In this document: piece by piece, positions 28,917 to 38,844 of the stretch | How positions within the stretch are numbered: position 1 is the first letter of the stretch | Layout: each line of letters begins with the position of its first letter | Source of the DNA: Chloroflexota bacterium | Lineage (GTDB): Bacteria; Chloroflexota; UBA11872; VXOZ01 | Direction of reading: 5' to 3' | Length of the DNA: 64,000 bases | NCBI GenBank assembly: GCA_965221905.1 | Contig: OZ244922.1 | Span: 2,816,001 to 2,880,000 of the forward strand | Translations under genes and position numbers: made by a program | Notes under the pieces: generated by a model | What the model was told of the DNA's origin: nothing | The model's input: only the letters and a program-made list of their open reading frames with translations | Database searches by the model: none

Positions 28917-29894
28917 CTAGATTGCTTGCAGACGGAAGCAGGCGGGAATGGTGAAGGCAGCTCACTGCTTCTCACAATTCTGTCACCCAAGACTTCCCAA
29001 GTAGAGATCGCTGTCAACGGACTCTCCCAAACCGTGCTCCTGGATCCCGGTGCAAACCAAGTACCACTCAATGTGCCGGATACGCGCGGGCTCTCTCTTA
29101 TCCCTACGGATTCGTTATGGGTGCGCGCCCAACGTGTACCGCAATCGAGCGCCAAACCGCAAGCCGGAATTCCGGCCCTCTTGCTTCTCCCCACCTTTGA
29201 CGGCGAAGCACTCACCGTAAGCGCTCAATTCTACGGTGCGCGGCACAACCCTCAGGAAAGCAAGCTCGTCTGGGAACTCGTCAAGCAACGCCGCATCTAC
29301 GGTCACTGGTGGCACTGGTCTTCCTCAAGCCGCGTGGGTGAGTGGCCGTTGGCGCTTGCGGAGCCACCAGACCACGGAGACCAATTCACTTTCGCTCTCA
29401 ACTTCTCTGCTCTGGAGACCGAATTCGCTGTGAACGGCCGCACGATAACTATGGACAGGGAAGTGTCTCTTCCAGCCAATCCTGGCGAGCCGTACGCCGT
29501 TTACTTTACATTGATCCGTGCCGGCACACGGGCGCACAGCCTGCCCGTAGCCTGGATCACCTATTCTCCTGAAGAGAAACCGTCAGTGCTGCTTGCCCCG
29601 CGACTGATCCTGGTTGACGAAGCGCTCCCACAAGACTAAACCTAGGGATCGGTCGCACGTGCTGCCTTTACATCGACCAAGGTTGGCGCAATGTGGAGCC
29701 ACCGCCTTCCAGACGTGCGTGAGCCTCCCTCACCAACTCGATCTGAGATACCTTAGATGCACAACCGGCAAGTCCAAGACCTTTGGAATCGACTTGCAAA
29801 CTTACAAAAAACCAAGTGAACGCCGATCTAGTATCATACTGTTACGCCAATATGTACTCCATCGTGACGAGCCTGGGCCAATGATCGCCCTCTC

Positions 29895-32800
29895 ATGCTA
29901 AGCATAGCCATTGACCCTGCCCTCACCTTCAACCTTTTCCGCGTCTTTGCCGCGCTGGCCTGCATCGCCATCAGCGGCTTCTTGCTCGTCTACTTCGCCT
30001 TCGGCATCCGTCATCCGCTGACCGCCATTGCCTCCGCACTCCCCATCGGCCTCGCGAGCACATTGCTCGTCTCCAACCTCCTCGCCTATGTCCTCGGCAC
30101 GCCGCGCGCTCTCACCTGGGGACTGCTCGCCACACTCGGAATCGCTATCCTCGTCGCGCTAGGTCGACGTCATCTCTATAAGCCTACCCAACCACTCTCT
30201 TGGCAGGATGGCGGCCTCTTCATCGGGGCCGGTATCTTGATACTCATCCTGAGTACCGTCAATTACGCCGTTTATCCGGTTTGGGACTACTACCTCCACT
30301 TCTGGCTCGCAAATACCATCCGCTTTGGAAACTTCCCGGTTATGGCTCCAGGCGCACCCATGCTGCACGCGGAGTACCACTACGGCGCTGACTTTCTCGC
30401 CGCTACACTCGCCCACGTCGGGCAAGTTGACAGTGCCATTATCTTCTTCATTCTCACCCCGCTCGCTGCCACTGCCGCTTACCTGGCCGCATCAGTACTG
30501 GCCGCCACTGTATTGAAAAGTACGCGCCTCGGCCTACTTGCCGGTCTCTTCTTCTCCTTTGGCGCGGGCCTACCCTACCTCATCGGCCCAGCACGCTCTA
30601 TCCACCTTCGCTGGTTCACCCCAGCTTCGGCCGCCGCTGAAGACTTGCTACTCGATTCCTTGGATAGCGTTACGCCAAACGCATTCGCCGCCTATCCGCA
30701 CTACCTCACACAACCACATTACCTAATCGCCTGGGGAATTCTCCTAAGCTGCATCGTCCTCGCTAGCCACTTGAATGCTCGCTCGCAGAGCAACGGTAAT
30801 ACCGTCACCCAGTGGTACTACTGGATACCGCTCGGAGTGCTCTTTGCAAGTGTCGCCTTGATAGAGTCATCAGTCTTTGTGCTCGGCTTGACCGGGTGGG
30901 GAGCCTGCGAAATCTGGCGGACGGCGACTCAGCGCCAGACCCGTTTCATCCGCAATTTCATCATTGCCGCCACACCTGCCGCGCTGCTCGCCCTCTTTCA
31001 GGGAGGCATCTTTTCTGCTCTACTATTCTCTGCTCCGCAAGGTGACGGTGGTCTGCGCGCGGCTTTCGACCTGTCTCTCACTCTTCTGCCCTTTCAATTC
31101 GGTCCGCCTATTCAACAGATCTCCCACGCGCCGCCCTGGATTGCGATCTATCTCATAATCTTTGGCTTGCCGCTCCTCGCCGCACCGGCCCTCATCATCT
31201 GGGCAATCCGATCTAAACACTCCTTACCACTTTCTTGGTTGGCGGCAATCGGTCTCATAGGAATGCTTCTTCCCCACTTTGTCATCTACCAATACTCCAC
31301 AACCTTGTTGCGCTGGATTGCATTTGGACACGCTTCCCTGGCGCTTCTCCTCGGCATTGGTGTTCTCACACTTCAATCTCAAGTGCGTCACCGCGCGCTA
31401 GGTTGGGCGTTAGTCCTCGCCTGCGCCGCCCTTTCCGTCGGCTGGCCGCTCGCTACCTCCATCCAAAACGTCGCGACCGAAAGGGGCGTGGTTTTGGGCC
31501 AGAGTTTAGAAGAGCACTGGACTGTATCACCATTGCATCGCCAGAGCGATCACATCGATTGGATTTCCGGCCGCCAGTACACATTTCTCATGGGGGCAAA
31601 TGCCCGCGAATTCCTTCGGTCTCTCCCGCCCACCGCTCGAGTCCTTACCAACCGCTTTCCTGAAGTGCCGTTGCTAATCCGTGGACTCTCGCCACACAAG
31701 AATGTTGATCTGTTTACCTACACCAATTTTCGTTTTCCCAGTCCAACGTATCTTGACGCCCTTTACGCACTCGATTCATCCACCATGCAACAATATGGAA
31801 TTACACATCTCGTCATAAACCTCAATTGGTTTCGCGGTACCTCTCCTGCAACCCAGGCCCTTCTGCAAAACGACCGATTTTTCAAGCTCCTTTTCTCAGA
31901 TGAGGAGAAACTAGATGCGTTTGCCTGGAACCGCATCTATGAAGTCCTTCCAACATTCTATGATGAGCGTCACCCCATCGCTCAAGACCTCTTGCGCGAC
32001 CTCCCTCAGCTCATTCCTCCTAACTCCTCGGTCTACGTTTCACCAGCCATCCCTCAAGACATTCGATGGGCAATCCTCTATGTATTGCACGAGCGGCAGC
32101 TCGCCAGCGATCCGACCATTGGCAACCACATCAATAAGCGCATTGAAATCGAAGAGCCGCAGCCAAACGATCGCTACGACTTCGCTCTCCTCATCGATGA
32201 GCCACCAGGGGAGCGCTGGCTCAACTGGGGTTTCACTCCGCAAGACCTGCCTTCATCCTGGGGCCTCGACCCCTCTCAGCGCATTTGGCAGACCCTCAGT
32301 GTCGGCCTCTACGCTTTAAATCTTCGAGACTGCCCAACCCGTTCTCTCGCCAGCGTTCCTGCCTCTCGGTTCCTTCCCGGTGCAAGACCGTCAACGCTCA
32401 ACCTTGACTGCCTCCGGCCAGATGCAGAAGTGGAATCCGATTCCCTTTCCTTGCGACTTGCAATACTCTCCCCCCTTGCCTCCCAAGTAGAGATCATTGC
32501 CAACGGCTCCTCCCATAGCATCATCCTCGAACCAGGGGCTACCCTGATCCCTCTCACCCTACCTCACGCAGGACAAATTACTCTCATTCCTTCCGAGGAA
32601 ATTTGGGTTCGTGCCCAACGCGTCCCTCCTGCGAGCAGCAAACTACGATCCGGGATCCCGGCTCTCCACATCATCCCTGCCTTCAATGGCAAAGAACTCA
32701 CTGTAGACGTCTACTTCTACGGAACGCGTACCAGCCCATCGGAAGATCAGGTTGCTTGGGAGGTTGTCAAGCAGCGTCGCATCAACGGCCATTGGTGGCA

Positions 32801-33125
32801 TTGGGCTTCACCGATTCGCCAGGCAGAGTGGCTGTTAGCGCTAGATAAACCACCCGATCACGGCAGCAATTTTTCGTTCACTCTCGATTTCTTGTCTCTG
32901 CAACCCCGCCTCTCCATCGATGATCGGCCAGCACTCGCGGCGGCGGAAGGGTCCCTGCCACTCAACCCCGGTGAGCCCTATGTCCTTTACTTCACCCTGT
33001 TCCGGCAACGTGGAAAAATGCAAAGCCTGCCAGTAGCCTGGGTAACCTATACTTCAGGACAGGAACCCAAAATACTTCTTGCTCCACGCTTCATTTTGCT
33101 TGACCAAGCATTCACTCAGGAGTAG
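29895..33125 (+). CDS. Large multi-pass membrane protein, GT-C/DUF2298-like, with soluble C-terminal domains
   Basis: Many TM segments; NTIRFGNFP...YHYG resembles the NS.L....PP...YYY motif; later YGITHLVI segment; function inferred. Confidence 0.6.
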   Translation: MLSIAIDPALTFNLFRVFAALACIAISGFLLVYFAFGIRHPLTAIASALPIGLASTLLVSNLLAYVLGTPRALTWGLLATLGIAILVALGRRHLYKPTQPLSWQDGGLFIGAGILILILSTVNYAVYPVWDYYLHFWLANTIRFGNFPVMAPGAPMLHAEYHYGADFLAATLAHVGQVDSAIIFFILTPLAATAAYLAASVLAATVLKSTRLGLLAGLFFSFGAGLPYLIGPARSIHLRWFTPASAAAEDLLLDSLDSVTPNAFAAYPHYLTQPHYLIAWGILLSCIVLASHLNARSQSNGNTVTQWYYWIPLGVLFASVALIESSVFVLGLTGWGACEIWRTATQRQTRFIRNFIIAATPAALLALFQGGIFSALLFSAPQGDGGLRAAFDLSLTLLPFQFGPPIQQISHAPPWIAIYLIIFGLPLLAAPALIIWAIRSKHSLPLSWLAAIGLIGMLLPHFVIYQYSTTLLRWIAFGHASLALLLGIGVLTLQSQVRHRALGWALVLACAALSVGWPLATSIQNVATERGVVLGQSLEEHWTVSPLHRQSDHIDWISGRQYTFLMGANAREFLRSLPPTARVLTNRFPEVPLLIRGLSPHKNVDLFTYTNFRFPSPTYLDALYALDSSTMQQYGITHLVINLNWFRGTSPATQALLQNDRFFKLLFSDEEKLDAFAWNRIYEVLPTFYDERHPIAQDLLRDLPQLIPPNSSVYVSPAIPQDIRWAILYVLHERQLASDPTIGNHINKRIEIEEPQPNDRYDFALLIDEPPGERWLNWGFTPQDLPSSWGLDPSQRIWQTLSVGLYALNLRDCPTRSLASVPASRFLPGARPSTLNLDCLRPDAEVESDSLSLRLAILSPLASQVEIIANGSSHSIILEPGATLIPLTLPHAGQITLIPSEEIWVRAQRVPPASSKLRSGIPALHIIPAFNGKELTVDVYFYGTRTSPSEDQVAWEVVKQRRINGHWWHWASPIRQAEWLLALDKPPDHGSNFSFTLDFLSLQPRLSIDDRPALAAAEGSLPLNPGEPYVLYFTLFRQRGKMQSLPVAWVTYTSGQEPKILLAPRFILLDQAFTQE

Positions 33126-33570
33126 CGCTTAGTCCCGCAACGCAATGAATGGAAGCTCTGGCAAAGACTAAGGATAGACACTTTGCAGTACTTGGAATTG
33201 GTCGGAACCCATAGGAGTTGCAGCCGAAGCGATCAGAGTTAAGCCCATTGTCCTCGTAGATGGGTGCGGCTCAAAGATGATTCTAAAATGAGGGGTACTG
33301 TGCATCCGCAAAATGATGGGCAGAAGTCAGCAAGAAGTGACAGAGAAGAGAATTCGCATAGTTTGGCTAAATGAACTCTCGGATGCGTCTAACTGCGTAC
33401 AGTCTGCAATCGTCCTCTGGATAGCACTTCACCCAAGGTAGGCAAGGTCGCAATCCACTAGCAGACTAGAATCGCTATTGCTCACTCGTGGACTACACAA
33501 CTCTTCATAGACCAGAACTAGCACTGTCTTGACGCACATCGACTCGAGCCCGCCGAAATTGGCAAGCAAG

Positions 33571-34953
33571 TTACGAGAGCTTATTGTACGCATCGAGCGC
33601 CGCCACCTTGTAGCACTCGGCGAGCGTGGGATAGTTGAAGACATTGTCCACAAAGAAGTCGAGCGTTCCCCCTAGCGCCATCGCCGTCTGCCCAATGTGC
33701 ACCAATTCGGATGCGCCTGTGCCGAGCAAATGCACGCCGAGTATGGTCCTATCGTCCGCGTGGATGAGCAGCTTTACCAGACCGTTGGGGTCGCCAATGA
33801 TCTGCCCACGCGCGATTTCACGGTAACGGGCCACGCCAATCTCGTACGGGATGCCGGCCTCGCTGAGTTCCTTTTCCGTGCGCCCTACCATCGACGTTTC
33901 CGGGATCGTGTAGATTCCGTATGGGAAGAGGTTCGAGTTAAACGAGCCGCCTTCACCAAACGCGTGACGCGCGGCAAGTCTTCCTTGCTCCATTGAAGAC
34001 GCTGCCAAGGCAGGAAAGCCTATCACGTCGCCACACGCATAGATATGGGGCACGCCTGTTTGAAAGCGCTCATTTACCTTTAGGCGTCCCCGTTTGTCAG
34101 CCTCAAGGCCCGCAGCCGCTAAGTTCAGCGTATCGGTGTTGCCCTGGCGCCCGCCGGCATAGAGTAGATGATCCGCCATAATCGTCTTGTGGCTGCGGGT
34201 GCGTGCTACAATGCGATGTCCCTCGTCGATGACCTCGGCCACCTCTTCGCGAAATCGGAAAGTGATGCCCGCTTCGCGCATATGATAGGAAAGCGCTTCC
34301 CGTATCTCTTCATCGATAAAGTCAAGCATCTCAGCGCGCTGCTCGATGAGGGTCACGTCTATGCCTAGAGCCGCAAAGATACATGCGTATTCAACCCCAA
34401 TGACTCCCGCACCAACGATTGCCAGACGCTTTGGGAGATCTTTGAGCATATACACGCCATCGGTATCAATGATTGTCCGCCCGTTGAAGGGCGCCCTGGC
34501 GGAGCGGGCAGGGCGGCTCCCCGTCGCGACGATTACGAATTCAGTTTCTATCTCTTCAATCCGCCCGTCTTCCAAGGTGACGGAGACTTGGTGAGGGCCA
34601 ACGAACTCTGCGCTTCCATACAGGGGCGTCACACCGTTGCGCGAGAGCTGCAACTCAAGCACGTCAGTTTCATTCTTAATCACATGCTCGCAGCGAAACA
34701 TCAAATCGGCAAAGGTGATTTTCTCCTTGACCGTGTAGGTAATCCCATAGATGTTGCGCTCGAAGAAGCCGGTAAGGTAGAGCACCGCCTGACGCAAAGT
34801 CTTACTGGGAATCGAGCCGGCGTTTACTAGGTTGCCACCCACAAACTGGCGGCGCTCGATTGCAACCACCGACTTACCGAGCTTCGCCGCTTGAATAGCG
34901 GCGCGGTGGCCGGCCGGCCCAGTGCCTATGACAACCAAGTCTACTTTTCGCAT
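33571..34953 (-). CDS. sthA: Soluble pyridine nucleotide transhydrogenase
   Basis: GTGPAG, IPSKTLR, GAGVIGVEYA, GDVIGFP.LA..SMEQGR, GIYTIPE, FNYPTLAE.YKVAAL. Confidence 0.9.
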   Translation of the reverse strand: MRKVDLVVIGTGPAGHRAAIQAAKLGKSVVAIERRQFVGGNLVNAGSIPSKTLRQAVLYLTGFFERNIYGITYTVKEKITFADLMFRCEHVIKNETDVLELQLSRNGVTPLYGSAEFVGPHQVSVTLEDGRIEEIETEFVIVATGSRPARSARAPFNGRTIIDTDGVYMLKDLPKRLAIVGAGVIGVEYACIFAALGIDVTLIEQRAEMLDFIDEEIREALSYHMREAGITFRFREEVAEVIDEGHRIVARTRSHKTIMADHLLYAGGRQGNTDTLNLAAAGLEADKRGRLKVNERFQTGVPHIYACGDVIGFPALAASSMEQGRLAARHAFGEGGSFNSNLFPYGIYTIPETSMVGRTEKELSEAGIPYEIGVARYREIARGQIIGDPNGLVKLLIHADDRTILGVHLLGTGASELVHIGQTAMALGGTLDFFVDNVFNYPTLAECYKVAALDAYNKLS

Positions 34954-35844
34954 GCCGTTGTCTCTCTGCGCAAGCGCATACTCACGTGAGTGCCTTGGGT
35001 CGGCCTACCAGCCTACACACACGACCGCGTACCCACCTGAGTGAAAGACGCTCCAACTAGCACTCTTTGCCCCGTTGTGTCGTCTTTGTCAGACCCCGTA
35101 GACCACGCTTCCCTACACACTATCCCCAGTATACCTTCTCTACCAAGGGCCGCAGACCCCGCTCGCGCAACAGCGGGGTCATTTAGGCAAACGGCAAAGG
35201 AAAGACCGGCACTTGCTCATGCATTGTGCAAGCACCGACTTTGGCACTATTGAAATTCCTTTTGCGTCCACCGCAATCCTTCTAAGGGCACCGGCAGCGT
35301 GTTGGGCCGTAGGATGAAGTGGTGAGCGCACAAGCCCTGCCGGACACGCAGTTCGCATGCTCGGCCTATGCCGACACCATCGAACGTAACCGTTGCCATG
35401 CAAGACATTCTGCTATCCCATTGGCAATTTACCTTCCCACTCTGCTATACTATGGTGAAGCAGAAGAGATCTCCCTCATCTGCCCCCTCCATTGCAAGTC
35501 GTATTTCCGCAGCTAGCCTTCTCCTACTTTCGGACTTTGACGTATTCGCCATATTCTCGGAATGCAGAAAAGCCTGAAAGTTAACCGGCAATCTGAGGGA
35601 AATGCACGTCCTCAATCGGCAGGTATTTTTCAGGTAACCGTAGTCTTGACTTCCACAGTTGATCTCCGCTGAACTGTTCCTCCGACCGGCGCCCCGTGTC
35701 CAATCTTCTTGCAAATTGCCTCTCTACTCTCTTGTCCCCAAAGACCGCCCTGCATAGCGCCAGATCGGAAAATGCGAGCCGCAATTTACATTAGTGTGCT
35801 GAACTTGAACGAAACAACCCCCGTAAGAGTCTTCGTAGCGTAAG

Positions 35845-36570
35845 GTGCATCCTATGAGTGCAAATCAGCTTGATCGTCCCTCCGTTGACGCAGATCAGCT
35901 TGGGTTTCCGCCCTATTTCGAAAAAGTAGCGCTATTCATTGACCTGGGGAACCTCTACTTTGCGGCGCGTAAACTGAACATTCGAGTAGACTACACGCGT
36001 ATGGTGGAAGTGCTTTCGAAGGGACGTCGCCTCTTGCGTTCATTTGCCTACGCCGGCGTGGACCCGCAAAGTCCCGAGTCTCAGGGCTATCTTACCTGGA
36101 TGAAGCGCCACGGCTTTCGGGTTGTCACAAAACACCTTCGTCGCTTTCCTGACGGCACTGTAAAGGCAAATCTCGACGTTGAACTTGCTATCGACATGCT
36201 AATGATCGCGCCGCACATCGATGCGGCGGTGCTAGTTTCGGGAGACGGAGACTTTGTCCGACTGGTGGAAGCGGTTCAGTTCAAGGGGGTACGGGTCGAG
36301 GTAGTGGGGCTAGCGGAGATGACAGCCATGGCGTTGATTGACGTAGCGGACACTTTCACGGAATTGTCCGAGCTGGTGCCGGTCATCCAGATGGCGCTAC
36401 CGCCCAACGGCACACGCGGAACTGCATCTGAAAACGGAGTGCCGCCAACAATCTCACCCGCCGCTTCCTCTTCCTATGTCGCCTACGACACCCCGGACAA
36501 GGCCACAGACGCCGTCAATAACAAAAGAGGCGATCAGAACTACCCGCGTACAAGCTTTGAGGGGAAGTGA
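35845..36570 (+). CDS. NYN domain (LabA/DUF88) protein
   Basis: FIDLGNL, KANLDVELAIDM, LVSGDGDF, GVRVEV. Confidence 0.9.
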   Translation: MHPMSANQLDRPSVDADQLGFPPYFEKVALFIDLGNLYFAARKLNIRVDYTRMVEVLSKGRRLLRSFAYAGVDPQSPESQGYLTWMKRHGFRVVTKHLRRFPDGTVKANLDVELAIDMLMIAPHIDAAVLVSGDGDFVRLVEAVQFKGVRVEVVGLAEMTAMALIDVADTFTELSELVPVIQMALPPNGTRGTASENGVPPTISPAASSSYVAYDTPDKATDAVNNKRGDQNYPRTSFEGK

Positions 36571-37425
36571 GTGTTGGGTCCGCCGCTGAGCTGTGCTCCG
36601 GGGATGTGGAAAGAGGCGCCGTTCGAGAAAATCGCGGAAGCCTGTGGCGCTGCTCACTTCGGAGGACTCGAGCAACGCGGCGCAACATTGCCCATGTTGA
36701 CGGCACAGCGAGACCGGCTCGCAGAGACGGACGTTGTGCTTTCGGCCATCACATTGCACGAATCCTGGTACGATCGCGCCGTAACGGCGACACATCACCA
36801 AGCTCTACCGCAATTGCTCGACGGGCTCGCCGCCTTGAACCCGGAGTTCTGTGTACTTTCCGTCCCAGGGTCAAATGAGCGCCTATCCACGGCAGGCTGG
36901 CCCAACGCTATGCGCTACGACTCCCTTTCCGCCAGCGATCATGCCCTCCTCGTCGACACGGTGCAAAGCTTGGCCGATATGATTCGCTCCCTAGGTGTTA
37001 AGGTGGCCTTTCGTCCGCGTCTTGCTTCATTCATCGAAACTGAAGAGGAGATGGAGCGTTTCCTTGAAGATACAGAACCGGAACTTCTAGGCCTTGCCCT
37101 CGACCTTGGACACCTGGCATTAATAGAGGTAGACCCAATGGCAATCATCGAGAGGCACGGCGCTCGTATTACCTATTGCTACGTGCGGGATCTCGACGAG
37201 AACTTGGCGCAACAAATCCACTTGGGGATGCGCAACCTGGCAAGCGCAGCAGCCGCAGGGCTCTTCCTGCCGCCCGGGCAAGGATTTGCACCCCTGCGTA
37301 GACCATTGCGTAGGCTGGTCGACGCCAATATCTGTCAATGGTATGCGCTTGACCTACAACCGGACACCGGCGATCCACATGAGGCCCTGAGCATTACCTA
37401 CGACTACATGAATGACTACATGTAG
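36571..37425 (+). CDS. Sugar-phosphate isomerase/IolE-like TIM-barrel protein, divergent
   Basis: IET.EE..R, LALDLGH, RD, PPGQG; several metal ligands substituted. Confidence 0.6.
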   Translation: MLGPPLSCAPGMWKEAPFEKIAEACGAAHFGGLEQRGATLPMLTAQRDRLAETDVVLSAITLHESWYDRAVTATHHQALPQLLDGLAALNPEFCVLSVPGSNERLSTAGWPNAMRYDSLSASDHALLVDTVQSLADMIRSLGVKVAFRPRLASFIETEEEMERFLEDTEPELLGLALDLGHLALIEVDPMAIIERHGARITYCYVRDLDENLAQQIHLGMRNLASAAAAGLFLPPGQGFAPLRRPLRRLVDANICQWYALDLQPDTGDPHEALSITYDYMNDYM

Positions 37426-37448
37426 AGCTAAGTGCAAGAAAGCGAGGC

Positions 37449-38591
37449 ATGGCGAGACTAATGCGACGGAGAAGCATATTAGCGGCAACCGCCGCGTCGT
37501 TGGCAGCGGCGGCGTGCGGCCCTTTCAGGGGCGACGATGAACCCGACATCGTACGCACTATTCCGGAAGCGAATGTCAATCCTTGGGGAGCGAACGCGTT
37601 TCTCCATAAAGAGGTTGAGTTCTGGAAAAAAGAGAAAACCTTTGAGATGGCGCGCGATGCCGGCATCGTGTGGATTAAGCAACACTTTCCTTGGGAGCTG
37701 ATCGAGCAATCGCAACAGGGCGATTTCTACGATCAAGTCTGGCAAAAGTCGGCATGGCAGCGATTCGACGAAATCGTGGATCTCGCGAAAGAGTTCGATC
37801 TCAAGCTGATTGCCCGGGTTGATCGTAGCCCGCTCTGGGCGCAGAGACCTGATGCCCAGCCTGAATGGCCTCCCGCAAGATTCGAAGATTATGGCGACTT
37901 CATGGCCGTTTTGGCGGAACGCTACAAGGGGCGCATCTCGCACTACCAACTATGGAACGAGCCAAATCTCGCGCGGGAATGGGGGACTGCGCCCGACCCC
38001 AAAAGCTACGTTGATCTGCTGCGCATCGGTTACGAGCGTCTCAAGGAAGTTGACCCCGATATCAAAGTGCTGACGGCGCCCCTCGCTATTACTCTGGAAA
38101 GGTCGCCGCGCGCCATGGTCGAGCTTGACTATCTTGATCAAATGTATCAGCACGGGGCCTTTGATTATTTCGATATCATGTCTGCAAACGCCTACGGACT
38201 GGAGTACCCACCTACGGCAGAGCCGGACCCGGATGTGCTCAATTTTCGCAGAGTTGAGTTGCTACGCGAGGTAATGGAACGCAACGGTGATACGAATAAA
38301 GCGGTCTGGTTCAATGAGTACGGCTGGAATGCGTCACCTGCGGATATGGCCGCAGATAAGCTGATCTGGCGGCGCGTCAAAGAGGAAGAGCAGGCAGAAT
38401 GGACCGTTGAAGGTGTGAAGTACGGCCGCTCCAATTGGCCGTGGGCGGGCGTTTTCTGCATTTGGTATCTCCGACAAGTAGGCGATATTCCACCGACGTC
38501 GTCCGAATACTATTTCCGCATGATTGACCCCGAATTCACGCCTCGGCTGGTCTACAATGAGGTGAAGAGAAACTCCAAGAAGATCAAGTAA
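37449..38591 (+). CDS. Clan GH-A glycoside hydrolase (GH5/GH39-like), Tat lipoprotein
   Basis: RRRSIL...AAAC; WNEPN acid/base and WFNEYGW nucleophile. Confidence 0.85.
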   Translation: MARLMRRRSILAATAASLAAAACGPFRGDDEPDIVRTIPEANVNPWGANAFLHKEVEFWKKEKTFEMARDAGIVWIKQHFPWELIEQSQQGDFYDQVWQKSAWQRFDEIVDLAKEFDLKLIARVDRSPLWAQRPDAQPEWPPARFEDYGDFMAVLAERYKGRISHYQLWNEPNLAREWGTAPDPKSYVDLLRIGYERLKEVDPDIKVLTAPLAITLERSPRAMVELDYLDQMYQHGAFDYFDIMSANAYGLEYPPTAEPDPDVLNFRRVELLREVMERNGDTNKAVWFNEYGWNASPADMAADKLIWRRVKEEEQAEWTVEGVKYGRSNWPWAGVFCIWYLRQVGDIPPTSSEYYFRMIDPEFTPRLVYNEVKRNSKKIK

Positions 38592-38778
38592 CGCCTTCCG
38601 GACGTACTGCCATCACTTTCTTGCAGACCTCCTCTCTAGCTAAGCAAACAGATGCTGGGGCGGCTCGGTTGTGAAGTCAGTGAACACGCGCCCGCACTTC
38701 TCGGCACGTTGTCCGCTCAAGGGTGTTGGCGAACAAATTGTGGTTTTTACATATTCCTGCCGGAGAGTGCGCTATACT

Positions 38779-38813
38779 AGCCATACTGGCTAGATATCTA
38801 TACCAGTATGGCT
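38779..38813. promoter_or_regulatory. Candidate operator palindrome just downstream of a TATACT -10 box
   Basis: AGCCATACTGG-13 nt-CCAGTATGGCT with internal TAGATATCTA. Confidence 0.55.
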
Positions 38814-38844
38814 GTTTTCTATGTTCAGCGTGGGGAAGAGGGCG

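Larger units (their letters stand above)
25207..29639 (+). pseudogene. Large GT-C-like membrane protein gene interrupted by IS5
   Basis: Removing the IS and one CTAG restores a 3243-nt frame reading LNLDCL at the junction, collinear with the paralog 29895-33125. Confidence 0.9.

Noticed and set aside
28902-29639. Independent 245-aa gene
   Set aside because: It is the C-terminal part of the IS-split gene; its start codon lies in the IS end.
33126-33570. Hidden gene or RNA in the AT-richer gap (also 15656-15957)
   Set aside because: No credible ORF, repeat or structure recognised.
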